The notes under the pieces: model-generated | What the model saw: only the letters and a program-made list of their open reading frames with translations | Databases searched by the model: none | What the model was told of the DNA's origin: nothing | Assembly (NCBI GenBank): GCA_035299585.1 | Contig: DATGWF010000077.1 | Coordinates: 1,427 to 65,426, forward strand | DNA: 64,000 nt | Source: Microbacteriaceae bacterium | GTDB lineage: Bacteria > Actinomycetota > Actinomycetes > Actinomycetales > Microbacteriaceae | Reading direction: 5' to 3' | Position numbers and translations under genes: made by a program | Part shown: in pieces, positions 28,204 through 37,870 of the stretch | Layout of the letters: the number at the start of each line of letters is the position of its first letter | Position numbering within the stretch: the stretch's first letter is position 1

Positions 28204-29715
28204 ATGTCGAAGGTTGTCGTCGCACTCGACCAGGGCACGACCTCGAGTCGCGCCATCCTGTTCGACCATTCCGGAACGATTGTGTCGGTCGGGCAGAAAG
28301 AACACGCCCAACATTTCCCACAGCCCGGTTGGGTCGAGCATGACGCACGCGAAATTTGGCGCAACGTCGCCGAAGTGATTGGCAGTGCCCTCGGAAGCGC
28401 CCACCTCACCCGGCACGATGTCGTCGCCGTGGGCATCACCAACCAGCGCGAAACGACGGTCCTGTGGGACCGCTCGACGGGGGAACCCATCGGGCCAGCC
28501 ATCGTGTGGCAAGACGTCAGAACCCAACCGCTGGTCGATTCGGTGATCGCCTCTGGCCGCGCGGCTCGGATCACGGAACGCACTGGACTTCCGCTCAGCC
28601 CCTATTTTTCCGCGAGCAAGATCGCGTGGATGCTCGAGCAATTCGGCGTACGTGAGCGAGCCGAGCGCGGCGAACTTGCCTTCGGCACGATGGATAGCTG
28701 GCTCCTCTGGAACCTCACCGGCGGCCCCAGCGGTGGCGTCCACGCCACCGATGTGACGAACGCAAGCCGGACCCTCCTGATGGATGTGGGCTCTCTCGAC
28801 TGGAGCGACGAACTCCTCGAGGTGTGGCGGATTCCGCGCGCGCTCCTTCCCGACATTCGCCCCTCGGTCGGTGACTTCGGCACCATTGCCGAATCCTCGC
28901 TCTTGCGCGGCGTCCCCATTACCGGGATTCTTGGCGACCAGCAGGCGGCCCTGTTCGGCCAGGCGGGCTTCACGGCCGGCGCGAGCAAGGCGACCTACGG
29001 CACCGGCGGCTTCGTCATGGTGCAGACCGGCACCGACGTCGTTCGCTCCCGGAACGGTCTCATCACCACGGTCGCCTACCAGCGCGAGGGAGAGCCCGCA
29101 CAGTTCGCGCTCGAGGGCTCGGTGGCCGTTGCCGGTTCGCTCGTGCAATGGTTGCGCGACAATCTCGGCCTCGTCGCATCGGCGGCCGAGGCCGCAGCGC
29201 TCGCCGCGGACGTGCAGGACAATGGCGGCGTCTATTTCGTACCCGCCTTCTCTGGTCTGTTTGCCCCGTATTGGCGTCCCGACGCGCGCGGAGCCATCGT
29301 TGGGCTCACGCGCTTTGCCGACAAGCGACACCTCGCGCGTGCGGCGATCGAGTCGACAGCGTTCCAAATCGCCGACGTGCTCGAGGCGGTTGCCGCCGAT
29401 GCCGGAGCGACCCTGACCGAGCTTCGTGTGGATGGCGGCATGGCGGTGAACGGCCAGCTCATGCAGTTCCAGGCGGACCTCCTCGGCGTGCCCGTGGTGC
29501 GGCCGCGCGTTGTCGAAACCACCGCGCTCGGAGCCGCCTATGCCGCGGGCCTCGCGGTCGGCTACTGGACTGACCTTGACGACGTGCGCGCGAACTGGCA
29601 CGAGGACCAGCGTTGGCTCCCGGCCATGGCCGTTCCGGAGCGCGACCGGTTGCTGCGGCAGTGGAAGAAGGCGGTTTCGAAATCCCTCGACTGGGTGGAT
29701 GCGGATACGCTCTAG
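28204..29715 (+). CDS. glpK: glycerol kinase
   Basis: Track ORF trimmed to ATG 28204. Motifs ALDQGTTSSRAILFD, GITNQRETTVLWD, GDQQAALFGQ and TYGTGGF. Confidence 0.95.
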   Translation: MSKVVVALDQGTTSSRAILFDHSGTIVSVGQKEHAQHFPQPGWVEHDAREIWRNVAEVIGSALGSAHLTRHDVVAVGITNQRETTVLWDRSTGEPIGPAIVWQDVRTQPLVDSVIASGRAARITERTGLPLSPYFSASKIAWMLEQFGVRERAERGELAFGTMDSWLLWNLTGGPSGGVHATDVTNASRTLLMDVGSLDWSDELLEVWRIPRALLPDIRPSVGDFGTIAESSLLRGVPITGILGDQQAALFGQAGFTAGASKATYGTGGFVMVQTGTDVVRSRNGLITTVAYQREGEPAQFALEGSVAVAGSLVQWLRDNLGLVASAAEAAALAADVQDNGGVYFVPAFSGLFAPYWRPDARGAIVGLTRFADKRHLARAAIESTAFQIADVLEAVAADAGATLTELRVDGGMAVNGQLMQFQADLLGVPVVRPRVVETTALGAAYAAGLAVGYWTDLDDVRANWHEDQRWLPAMAVPERDRLLRQWKKAVSKSLDWVDADTL

Positions 29716-29717
29716 CC

Positions 29718-30071
29718 ATGGCAGCGAAACCCACCACGATCGAGGAGTACCTCGACTCGCTCGGCGATGTGCGCGCGGAGACCACGCGGGCAATCATCGA
29801 GTCCGTCCTCTCCGATTTCCCCACCGCCACCGTGAAGATCGCCTGGAACTTCCCGCAAATTCAAGTCGACGGACAGTACGTCCTCGGCATCTCCGCCGCG
29901 AAGAGTTGGCTCATGCTCGCGAGTTGGAGCGACGGGTTTATGGAGCGCTTCGCCGAACGGCTCTCCGGCTACGAAATCAACAAGCGCACCTTCCGGGTGC
30001 CCGTCGACTGGACCCCCGACCGTGCGCTGCTGCACGACCTCGTCGCCGACCGTCTCACCGAACTGAGCTGA
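29718..30071 (+). CDS. small DUF1801/YdhG-like protein
   Basis: Track ORF trimmed to ATG 29718, 3 nt after the glpK stop. 117 aa, KIAWNFPQIQVDGQYVLGISAAKSWLMLA. Family name recalled from memory. Confidence 0.65.
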   Translation: MAAKPTTIEEYLDSLGDVRAETTRAIIESVLSDFPTATVKIAWNFPQIQVDGQYVLGISAAKSWLMLASWSDGFMERFAERLSGYEINKRTFRVPVDWTPDRALLHDLVADRLTELS

Positions 30072-30142
30072 ATCGCCTCACCGAACTCGGCTGAATCGCC
30101 TCACCGAACTCGGCTGAATCGCCTCGCGGAACTCGGCTGAAT
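30051..30142. repeat. 4 x 23-bp tandem repeat spanning the 3' end of the 29718..30071 gene
   Basis: Copies at 30051, 30074, 30097 and 30120. Copies 2 and 3 are identical (CGCCTCACCGAACTCGGCTGAAT). Copies 1 and 4 differ at 3 positions each. Copy 1 encodes the last residues and the stop codon. Confidence 0.9.
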
Positions 30143-30210
30143 TGCCATCCGCGGGATCAAAGCGGACTCGACCCGTCCGGATGCGCACTGAGCATCCCTC
30201 CCAGACATAC

Positions 30211-30244
30211 GATGATGGGCCCGCCAAGTGGCGGGCCCATCATC
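30211..30244. terminator. bidirectional stem-loop between the DUF1801-like gene and sdhB
   Basis: Perfect 15-bp stem GATGATGGGCCCGCC / GGCGGGCCCATCATC with a 4-nt loop, 21 nt after the sdhB stop. Confidence 0.65.
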
Positions 30245-30264
30245 CTGTGAGCGAGAGTTGCGAG

Positions 30265-31017
30265 CTAGCGACCGCGGATGACGGCCTGCTTGACCTCGGC
30301 GATCGCCTTGGTGACCTCGATGCCACGCGGGCAGGCCTCTGAGCAGTTGAAGGTGGTGCGGCAGCGCCACACACCCTCTTTGTCGTTGAGGATGTCGAGA
30401 CGCACCTGCGAGGCCTCGTCACGCGAGTCAAAAATGAAGCGGTGGGCGTTGACGATGGCGGCCGGGCCGAAGTACTGTCCGTCGGTCCAGAACACCGGGC
30501 AGCTCGAGGTGCAGGCGGCACAGAGGATGCACTTCGTGGTGTCGTCAAAGCGCTCGCGGTCGTCGATCGACTGGATGCGCTCCTTGCCCGGCTCGGGCGC
30601 GGTCGACGAGATGAGGAACGGCTGGATCTCACGGTAGGCCGCGAAGAACGGCTCCATGTCGACGATGAGGTCCTTCTCGAGCGGCAGACCCTTGATGGCC
30701 TCGACCGTGATCGGCTTCGAAATATCGAGGTCCTTGATGAGGGTCTTGCAGGCCAGGCGGTTACGGCCGTTGATGCGCATCGCATCCGAGCCACAAATAC
30801 CGTGCGCGCAGGAGCGACGGAACGTCAGCGTGCCGTCCTGCTCCCACTTGATCTTGTGCAGGCCGTCGAGCACGCGGTCGGTCGCGTACATTTCAACGTC
30901 GAAGTCTTCCCAACGCGGCTCACTGTCGACCTCCGGGTCGAAGCGGCGCACCAGGAACGTGACCGTGAACGACTGGTGGGTCGTCTCGGGCTGGGCCTCG
31001 GCTACAGCGGTGCTCAT
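30265..31017 (-). CDS. sdhB: succinate dehydrogenase iron-sulfur subunit
   Basis: Track ORF trimmed to ATG 31017. Cys clusters CAHGICGSDAMRINGRNRLAC, CILCAACTSSCP and CRTTFNCSEACP. Confidence 0.95.
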   Translation of the reverse strand: MSTAVAEAQPETTHQSFTVTFLVRRFDPEVDSEPRWEDFDVEMYATDRVLDGLHKIKWEQDGTLTFRRSCAHGICGSDAMRINGRNRLACKTLIKDLDISKPITVEAIKGLPLEKDLIVDMEPFFAAYREIQPFLISSTAPEPGKERIQSIDDRERFDDTTKCILCAACTSSCPVFWTDGQYFGPAAIVNAHRFIFDSRDEASQVRLDILNDKEGVWRCRTTFNCSEACPRGIEVTKAIAEVKQAVIRGR

Positions 31018-31019
31018 CC

Positions 31020-32861
31020 CTAGTACTTCCTCTCCATCGGCTGGTAGCGGGTAATGGTGACCGGCTTCCAATCAATCTTGATGTGGTCCTCAACCACGGA
31101 GGAGTGCGGGTCCCCGGTCAAATAGGCCATGGTGTGCACCAAGAACTTCTCGTCGTCGCGCTTCGGGAAGTCGTCGCGCATGTGGCCGCCGCGGCTTTCT
31201 TCGCGGTTGGCGGCCGAGGCGACAACGACCTCGGCGAGGTCGAGCAGGAAGCCCAGCTCGATGGCCTCGAGGAGATCGGTGTTGAAGCGGCTGCCCTTGT
31301 CGGCAACGGCAATGTTCTTGTAGCGCTCACGCAGGTTCGCAATGACGCCCGCCACGTGGGCGAGGGACTCCTTGGTGCGGAACACCTGGGCGCCCTTATC
31401 CATCTCTTCCTGCAGCTCCTTGCGGATCGCGGCGATCCGCTCGGTGCCGTTCGCGTTCCGCATCGACTCGATGAGGTCGCGCACCGGCCCGGCCGGGTCT
31501 TCCGGAAGCGGCACGAACTCGGCGGTCTTGGCGTACTCGGCCGCGTTGCGACCCGAGCGCTTCCCGAACACGTTGATGTCGAGCAGCGAGTTGGTGCCGA
31601 GGCGGTTCGAACCGTGCACCGATACGCAGGCACATTCGCCGGCGGCGTACAGGCCCGGGACCACCGTGGTGTTGTCGCTGAGGACCTCGGCGTTCACGTT
31701 GGTCGGGATGCCACCCATGGCGTAGTGCGCGGTCGGCATGACCGGAACCGGCTCGACCACCGGGTCGACGCCCAAGTAGGTGCGGGCGAACTCCGTGATG
31801 TCCGGGAGCTTGGTCTCGAGCACCTCGGCACCCAGGTGGGTGCAGTCGAGGAGCACGTAGTCCTTGTTCGGACCGGCACCGCGACCTTCCTGCACCTCTT
31901 GCACCATGCAGCGGGCGATGATGTCACGCGGTGCGAGGTCCTTGATGGTGGGGGCGTACCGTTCCATGAAGCGCTCGCCGGAGGCGTTGCGCAGGATGGC
32001 GCCCTCACCGCGGGCGCCCTCGGTGAGGAGGATGCCAAGACCTGCAAGGCCGGTCGGGTGGAACTGGAAGAATTCCATGTCCTCGAGCGGAAGTCCCTTG
32101 CGCCAGACAATGCCGACGCCGTCACCGGTGAGGGTGTGGGCGTTCGAGGTGGTCTTGTAGATCTTGCCGAAACCACCGGTCGCGAAGATGATCGACTTGG
32201 CCTGGAAGACGTGCAGCTCACCGGTCGAGAGCTCGTAGGCAACGACGGCCGAGGGACGCTGAACGGTCTTCTTGCCCTCCTTGACCTCGGTCATGACCAG
32301 GTCGAGCACGTAGAACTCGTTGAAGAAGTTGATGCCGAGCTTGACGCAGTTCTGGAACAGCGTCTGCAGAATCATGTGTCCGGTGCGGTCTGCCGCGTAG
32401 CACGAGCGACGCACGGGCGCCTTGCCGTGGTCGCGCGTGTGGCCACCGAAACGGCGCTGGTCGATTTTGCCGTCCGGCGTGCGGTTGAACGGGAGGCCCA
32501 TGTTCTCGAGGTCAATGACCGCGTCGATGGCTTCCTTGGCGAGGATTTCCGCTGCGTCCTGGTCGACGAGGTAGTCGCCACCCTTGACGGTGTCGAACGT
32601 GTGCCACTCCCACGAGTCTTCCTCGACGTTCGCGAGCGCGGCCGCCATGCCACCCTGAGCCGCACCGGTGTGCGAGCGGGTCGGGTAGAGCTTCGAGATG
32701 ACAGCGGTACGAGCGCGCGGGCCGGCCTCGATGGCGGCACGCATACCGGCGCCACCGGCGCCCACAATTACGACGTCGTACTGGTGGTAGTGCACGCCGT
32801 TTTCGATGCGCTCTTCGGCGTCAGCGTTCCAGGGGCTGGGGGTTTCAGTGCGGTAGGTCAC
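31020..32861 (-). CDS. sdhA: succinate dehydrogenase flavoprotein subunit
   Basis: 613 aa. FAD fold [15 protein letters not shown], covalent-FAD His context [10 protein letters not shown], and HPTG / HGSNRLG motifs. Confidence 0.95.
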   Translation of the reverse strand: MTYRTETPSPWNADAEERIENGVHYHQYDVVIVGAGGAGMRAAIEAGPRARTAVISKLYPTRSHTGAAQGGMAAALANVEEDSWEWHTFDTVKGGDYLVDQDAAEILAKEAIDAVIDLENMGLPFNRTPDGKIDQRRFGGHTRDHGKAPVRRSCYAADRTGHMILQTLFQNCVKLGINFFNEFYVLDLVMTEVKEGKKTVQRPSAVVAYELSTGELHVFQAKSIIFATGGFGKIYKTTSNAHTLTGDGVGIVWRKGLPLEDMEFFQFHPTGLAGLGILLTEGARGEGAILRNASGERFMERYAPTIKDLAPRDIIARCMVQEVQEGRGAGPNKDYVLLDCTHLGAEVLETKLPDITEFARTYLGVDPVVEPVPVMPTAHYAMGGIPTNVNAEVLSDNTTVVPGLYAAGECACVSVHGSNRLGTNSLLDINVFGKRSGRNAAEYAKTAEFVPLPEDPAGPVRDLIESMRNANGTERIAAIRKELQEEMDKGAQVFRTKESLAHVAGVIANLRERYKNIAVADKGSRFNTDLLEAIELGFLLDLAEVVVASAANREESRGGHMRDDFPKRDDEKFLVHTMAYLTGDPHSSVVEDHIKIDWKPVTITRYQPMERKY

Positions 32862-32871
32862 GATTCTCCAG

Positions 32872-33300
32872 TTAGAGCGTCGAACAGAACGACGGCAGCA
32901 GGTCGGCCGGCGAAGACGGTGGGCAGGGGTCGAAGGTGAAAATCACGAGCGTGCCGAGCACGATCAGAATCGCGACAACCGACCAGATTGAGATGCTCAA
33001 AATGCGGGCTGTGCGCGGACGGGTGTAGTCGTTCGCAATCGTGCGCATGCCGTTGCCGCCATGGATGAGCGCGAGCCACAGCAGCAGCAGGTCCCAGACC
33101 TGCCAGAACGGGTGCGCCCACTTGCCGGCAACAAAGGCGAAGTCGATCTGCTTCACGCCCTCACCGCCAACCATGTTGACGTAGAGGTGGGTGAAGATGA
33201 GCACCACGAGCAGCACGCCGGATGCACGCATGTACATCCAGCCCCACTTCTCCCAGTTGGTGCGGCGAACAGGCGTGCGAGGAGCGTCAATTGTCGTCAT
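32872..33300 (-). CDS. sdhD: succinate dehydrogenase hydrophobic membrane anchor subunit
   Basis: 142-aa 3-TM ORF between sdhC and sdhA. Confidence 0.8.
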   Translation of the reverse strand: MTTIDAPRTPVRRTNWEKWGWMYMRASGVLLVVLIFTHLYVNMVGGEGVKQIDFAFVAGKWAHPFWQVWDLLLLWLALIHGGNGMRTIANDYTRPRTARILSISIWSVVAILIVLGTLVIFTFDPCPPSSPADLLPSFCSTL

Positions 33301-33309
33301 CGTGCTCTC

Positions 33310-33729
33310 CTAGTAGCTGAAGATGTGCATGAGCTGACGGGGGATAAAGCCGGCCATCGTGATCGCCCAGAGCACGAGCACCACATAGAACATGGCCTTT
33401 TGGTAGCGCGTGCCCTTCGACCAGAAGTCGACCAGGATGATGCGCAGACCGTTGAACGCGTGGAACACGATTGCGCCCACCAGGGCGATTTCGCCGAGGC
33501 CCATGATCACGGTCTGGTAGGTGCCAATCACCGCGTTGTAGGCGGCCGGGCTCACCCGCACGAGCGACGTGTCCAGAATGTGCACGAGCAAGAAGAAGAA
33601 AATGGCGACGCCGGTGATGCGGTGCAACACCCACGACCACATGCCTTCGTTTCCGCGGTACAGGGTGCCGCCGGGCTTCGTGGATTGTGGGACGTCGGTG
33701 GGGACTACTGTTCCTGCCTGCTTTGGCAT
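33310..33729 (-). CDS. sdhC: succinate dehydrogenase cytochrome b subunit
   Basis: Track ORF trimmed to ATG 33729. 3-TM protein with the HRITGV haem-ligand context. First gene of sdhCDAB. Confidence 0.8.
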   Translation of the reverse strand: MPKQAGTVVPTDVPQSTKPGGTLYRGNEGMWSWVLHRITGVAIFFFLLVHILDTSLVRVSPAAYNAVIGTYQTVIMGLGEIALVGAIVFHAFNGLRIILVDFWSKGTRYQKAMFYVVLVLWAITMAGFIPRQLMHIFSY

Positions 33730-33870
33730 GAACTCTCCTTGTGGGTTCGTCAAGGCGTGAAGCAATTGCCAATTGTTGAGTGTAGTCCGCTCTCGACGCA
33801 GTGTCGTACACGGCACGTTGAGCGGGACTGTTCACGGGCCGAGCGGCGGTCCGCTCGCTAGTCTGGAGGG

Positions 33871-35019
33871 GTGAATCGCACGGCAACCGGGTCCATCCCG
33901 ACCATGACGCAACCCATCGAGGGCTTCTATGCCGTCATTCCCGCTGGCGGAATTGGCTCCCGCCTGTGGCCACTGTCCCGCTCGGACGCCCCCAAGTTTT
34001 TGCACGACCTCACCGGCTCAGGGCGCACTCTTTTGCGTGCCACCTGGGATCGCCTTGCGCCGCTGGCCGGCGCAGACCGAGTGATGGTGGTGACCGGTCG
34101 GGCGCACCGCGCAGCGGTCGAGGAACAGCTCACCGGGCTCGCCGACGCCAACGTCGTGCTGGAGAGCGAGCCACGTGACTCCTCCGCCGCAATCGGTCTG
34201 GCCGCGGCAATACTCAACCGTCGCGAGCCCGGGGTTGTCATTGGTTCGTTCGCCGCTGATCACGTCATTCGCGGAGAGCGGCTGTTCCGCCGCGCGGTCA
34301 CCGAGGCCGTTGCCGCGGCCCGCGACGGCATGGTCGTGACCATCGGTATCGCGCCGACCGAGCCCGCGGTCGGCTTCGGGTACATCGAGTGCGGCGCCGA
34401 GGCCGAGATTGCCGGTGCGCCAAGCGCGTTGCACATCGCCTCGTTCGTCGAGAAGCCCGACCTGGCAACCGCCAAGCGCTACGTCGATGACGGTCGTTTC
34501 CTCTGGAACGCCGGCATGTTTATCGCCCGCGCCGATGTGCTGCTCGAGGAAATGCGCAAGACGCAGCCTGAGCTCGTGGCGGGAATCGAAGAGCTTGCCG
34601 AAGCGTGGGACGAACCGGCCCTGCGCGGACCCGCGGTGGATCGCATTTGGCCCAAGCTCGCGAAGATTGCCATTGACTATTCCGTGGCCGAGCCGGCCGC
34701 GGCTGCGGGCCGCATGGTGGTCATTCCGGCCGAGTTCGACTGGGACGACGTGGGCGATTTCGCTTCGCTCGCGAAGCTCAACACCGACGGCCGACCGAGT
34801 GACCTCGCCATTCTGGGGGAGCACGCTCGGGTGCTCGCCGACGCCTCGAGTGGAATTGTCGTGAGCCAATCCGACCGGGTCATCAGCCTCATCGGGGTCA
34901 AGGACATCGTGGTGGTCGACACCCCCGATGCGTTGCTGGTGACGACCACAGAACACGCGCAACGGGTCAAAAGTGTCGTGGACGCCTTGAAGGTTTCGGG
35001 CTCGACAGACGTCCTGTAA
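33871..35019 (+). CDS. mannose-1-phosphate guanylyltransferase-like nucleotidyltransferase
   Basis: 382 aa (alternative ATG at 33904). NTP-transferase motif VIPAGGIGSRLWPLSR and GYIE motif. Confidence 0.85.
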   Translation: MNRTATGSIPTMTQPIEGFYAVIPAGGIGSRLWPLSRSDAPKFLHDLTGSGRTLLRATWDRLAPLAGADRVMVVTGRAHRAAVEEQLTGLADANVVLESEPRDSSAAIGLAAAILNRREPGVVIGSFAADHVIRGERLFRRAVTEAVAAARDGMVVTIGIAPTEPAVGFGYIECGAEAEIAGAPSALHIASFVEKPDLATAKRYVDDGRFLWNAGMFIARADVLLEEMRKTQPELVAGIEELAEAWDEPALRGPAVDRIWPKLAKIAIDYSVAEPAAAAGRMVVIPAEFDWDDVGDFASLAKLNTDGRPSDLAILGEHARVLADASSGIVVSQSDRVISLIGVKDIVVVDTPDALLVTTTEHAQRVKSVVDALKVSGSTDVL

Positions 35020-35079
35020 CTGCTCATTTGAGCAAGATTTCACCGTTTGATAACTGTTCCTTGTGTTTTCGCGTCGTCC

Positions 35080-35105
35080 AGCGGGCCGTGCCCACACGGG
35101 CCGCT
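35080..35105 (+). terminator. stem-loop after the manC-like gene
   Basis: AGCGGGCCGTG-CCCA-CACGGGCCGCT (10 of 11 positions paired), followed by AGTTTAAG. Confidence 0.45.
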
Positions 35106-35161
35106 AGTTTAAGAAGAACCGGGGTGTCGGCTCGGCGCCCCTTCCCTTATGGAGGACAACT

Positions 35162-36247
35162 GTGATTACTCGTACCCGCAAGGTCGCAATGAGCGGCCTC
35201 GCGCTCGTGTCGTCGGTAGCACTTCTTGCTGCCTGCTCGAGCGCTCCGTCGGACTCGAAGCCGTCGGCATCGAGCGACTTCAAGCCCTGCATGGTTTCGG
35301 ACTCGGGTGGATTCGACGACAAGTCGTTCAACCAGCTCGGTTTCGAAGGTCTGCAGAAGGCTTCCTCGGCTCTCGGCGCAACGCCGATCACCGTCGAGTC
35401 GAACGCCGAGACCGACTTCGGTCCGAACCTGCAGAGCCTTGCTGACCAGGGCTGCGAGCTCATTGTCTCCGTCGGCTTCGCTCTCTCGGCTCCGACCGTT
35501 GAGGCTGCGCTGAAGAACCCGGGCATCAACTACGTGCTCATCGACGACGCTGCTGACAACGACTACAACGGCGAGACCGACGCTCCGAACATCGAGCCGC
35601 TGCTCTTCGACACCGCCCAGGCTGCCTTCCTCGTTGGTTACGCTTCGGCTGCAACCACCCAGAGTGGCGTCGTTGGCACCTTCGGTGGCATGAACTTCCC
35701 GACCGTCGCCATCTTCATGGACGGCTTCAAGCAGGGTGTCGAGTACTACAACTCGCAGAACGGCAAGTCGGTCAAGGTCCTCGGTTGGGACGGCAAGGAC
35801 GGCTCGTTCACCGGTGGCTTCGAGGCCAACGACACCGCACGCCAGATCGCTCAGAGCCTGATCGACCAGGGCGCGGACATCATCCTCCCCGTTGGTGGAC
35901 CGATCTACCAGAGTGCCGCAGCCGCCATCAAGAGCTCGGGCAAGGAGATCGCCCTCATCGGTGTTGACGCCGACATCACCAAGACCGACCCGAGCGTTGC
36001 TGACATCGTTCTGACCTCGGTCCTCAAGAAGATCGACGTTGCTGTGAACGAGTCGGTCACCGCTGCTGGTGAAGGCAAGTTCGCCCCCAAGGCCTACGTT
36101 GGCAACCTCGCCAACGACGGTGTTGGCATGGCGCCGCTCACCAACTTCAGCTCGTGGATTCCGGCTGACCTGCAGAAGAAGGTTGACGAGCTCAAGGCTC
36201 AGATCATCGACGGCAAGGTCAAGGTCACTTCGTACCTCTCGAAGTAA
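35162..36247 (+). CDS. BMP-family (PnrA/Med-like) nucleoside-binding ABC lipoprotein
   Basis: 361 aa. Signal with LLAACSS lipobox, and the typical BMP core (DSGGFDDKSFNQ...GFALS). Confidence 0.9.
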   Translation: MITRTRKVAMSGLALVSSVALLAACSSAPSDSKPSASSDFKPCMVSDSGGFDDKSFNQLGFEGLQKASSALGATPITVESNAETDFGPNLQSLADQGCELIVSVGFALSAPTVEAALKNPGINYVLIDDAADNDYNGETDAPNIEPLLFDTAQAAFLVGYASAATTQSGVVGTFGGMNFPTVAIFMDGFKQGVEYYNSQNGKSVKVLGWDGKDGSFTGGFEANDTARQIAQSLIDQGADIILPVGGPIYQSAAAAIKSSGKEIALIGVDADITKTDPSVADIVLTSVLKKIDVAVNESVTAAGEGKFAPKAYVGNLANDGVGMAPLTNFSSWIPADLQKKVDELKAQIIDGKVKVTSYLSK

Positions 36248-36364
36248 TCTCACTTCTCGTGCCAAGGGGAGGCTTCGGCCTCCCCTTGGTCGTTCCCGGC
36301 GCGCGCGCATGCTCATTTGCGCAGTGGCGTGCCCTTCTGCGCACTCGCTCTTAGGATGATTTCC

Positions 36365-37870
36365 ATGAAGCTCGAACTCCGTGACATCACGAAGCGCTTC
36401 GGTTCCCTGGTTGCCAACGACCACATCTCCATCACGGTCGAACCCGGTGAGATTCACTGTTTGCTCGGTGAAAACGGTGCCGGTAAGTCGACGTTGATGA
36501 ACGTGCTCTATGGCTTGTACCAGGCCGACGAAGGCGAAATTTTGCTCGATGGTGAGCAGCAGCGGTTCTCCGGCCCGGGTGACGCCATGCGCGCCGGCAT
36601 CGGCATGGTGCACCAGCACTTCATGCTCATCCCGGTGTTCACAGTTGCCGAGAACGTCATGCTCGGACACGAGGAGACCAAGGCCGGTGGCCGGCTCGAT
36701 CTCGACGCTGCCCGGGCGCGCGTGCGGGAGATTTCGGACCGATTCGGCTTCGACCTCGACCCGGACGCGATGGTGGGCGACCTCCCCGTCGGTGTGCAGC
36801 AGCGGGTCGAGATCATCAAGGCGCTCTCTCGTGACGCCAACGTGCTCGTGTTCGACGAGCCCACCGCCGTACTGACCCCGGCCGAGACCGACGAACTCAT
36901 GGCCATGATGCGTCAGCTCAAGGCGGCCGGTACCTCTATCGTCTTCATCACGCACAAGCTCCGCGAGGTGCGCGAGGTCGCCGACCGCATCACCGTCATC
37001 CGGCTCGGCAAAGTCGTCGGCGAAGCCTCACCGACCGCCTCGAACGCCGAACTTGCAGCGATGATGGTCGGCCGTGCGGTCGAGCTCACCGTCGACAAGG
37101 CACCCGCTCAGCCGGGTGACGTCGCGCTCGAGGTTCGTGACCTGAGTGTCATCGACCACCTCGGTCAATTCGTCGTGAATCACATTGACTTTGACGTGCG
37201 CGCCGGCGAAATCATGGCCGTCGCGGGCGTCCAGGGGAACGGGCAGACGGAACTCACCGAGGCGCTTCTGGGCCTGCACGACAAGGTGACCGGCACGGTT
37301 GCCCTCAAGGGTGAGGACATCTCAAGCCACACCGTCCGTTCGCGCATCGAAGCGGGAATCGGCTTTGTTCCCGAAGACCGCACCCACGACGGTCTCGTTG
37401 GAGACTTCACCATCGCCGAGAACCTCATCCTCGACCGCATCACCGGTGAACCGTTCGTCAAGGCTGGTTCGCTGCAGCTCGGTGCGATTCGCGCCTTCGC
37501 CACCGAGAAGGTCGAAGAGTTCGACGTGCGCACCACCGGCATCGACCAGCACGCCGGACAGCTCTCGGGCGGCAACCAGCAGAAAGTCGTCATCGCGCGC
37601 GAACTCAGCCGCGAACTTCATCTTCTCGTCGCGGCGCAACCCACGCGTGGCGTTGACGTCGGATCGATTGAGTTCATTCACCAACAAATCGTTGCCGCGC
37701 GCGACGCCGGCGTCGCCGTGCTCGTCGTCTCGACCGAGCTTGACGAGGTTGCCGCGCTGGCGGACCGCATCATGGTGATGTACCGCGGTCGCATTGTTGG
37801 CATCGTCCCGGGTGACACCCCGCGCGACGTACTGGGACTCATGATGGCCGGAGAGCAGGTGACCGCATGA
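36365..37870 (+). CDS. ABC transporter ATP-binding protein with duplicated NBDs (nucleoside/sugar importer type)
   Basis: Start set at ATG 36365 (AGGA 8 nt upstream; alternative 36356). Two NBDs: GENGAGKST...LPVGVQQRVEI and a second with LSGGNQQKV. Confidence 0.9.
   Translation: MKLELRDITKRFGSLVANDHISITVEPGEIHCLLGENGAGKSTLMNVLYGLYQADEGEILLDGEQQRFSGPGDAMRAGIGMVHQHFMLIPVFTVAENVMLGHEETKAGGRLDLDAARARVREISDRFGFDLDPDAMVGDLPVGVQQRVEIIKALSRDANVLVFDEPTAVLTPAETDELMAMMRQLKAAGTSIVFITHKLREVREVADRITVIRLGKVVGEASPTASNAELAAMMVGRAVELTVDKAPAQPGDVALEVRDLSVIDHLGQFVVNHIDFDVRAGEIMAVAGVQGNGQTELTEALLGLHDKVTGTVALKGEDISSHTVRSRIEAGIGFVPEDRTHDGLVGDFTIAENLILDRITGEPFVKAGSLQLGAIRAFATEKVEEFDVRTTGIDQHAGQLSGGNQQKVVIARELSRELHLLVAAQPTRGVDVGSIEFIHQQIVAARDAGVAVLVVSTELDEVAALADRIMVMYRGRIVGIVPGDTPRDVLGLMMAGEQVTA

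Noticed and set aside
27892-29793. 633-aa minus-strand ORF
   Set aside because: It is antisense to glpK and the end of glpD. The translation is low-complexity and Arg/Gly/His-rich.
30051-30142. Possible CRISPR array
   Set aside because: The 23-bp units are directly adjacent with no spacers. The first unit is part of a coding sequence, and no cas genes are nearby. This is a simple tandem duplication.
31083-32939. 618-aa plus-strand ORF
   Set aside because: It is the mirror-frame shadow of sdhA. It has no flavoprotein or other motifs.
35147-36955. 602-aa minus-strand ORF (and the 485-aa ORF 37678..39135)
   Set aside because: They are antisense to the BMP lipoprotein/ATPase genes and the permease gene of a coherent ABC importer operon. 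Composition is Asp/Glu/Arg/Gly/Val-rich without motifs.
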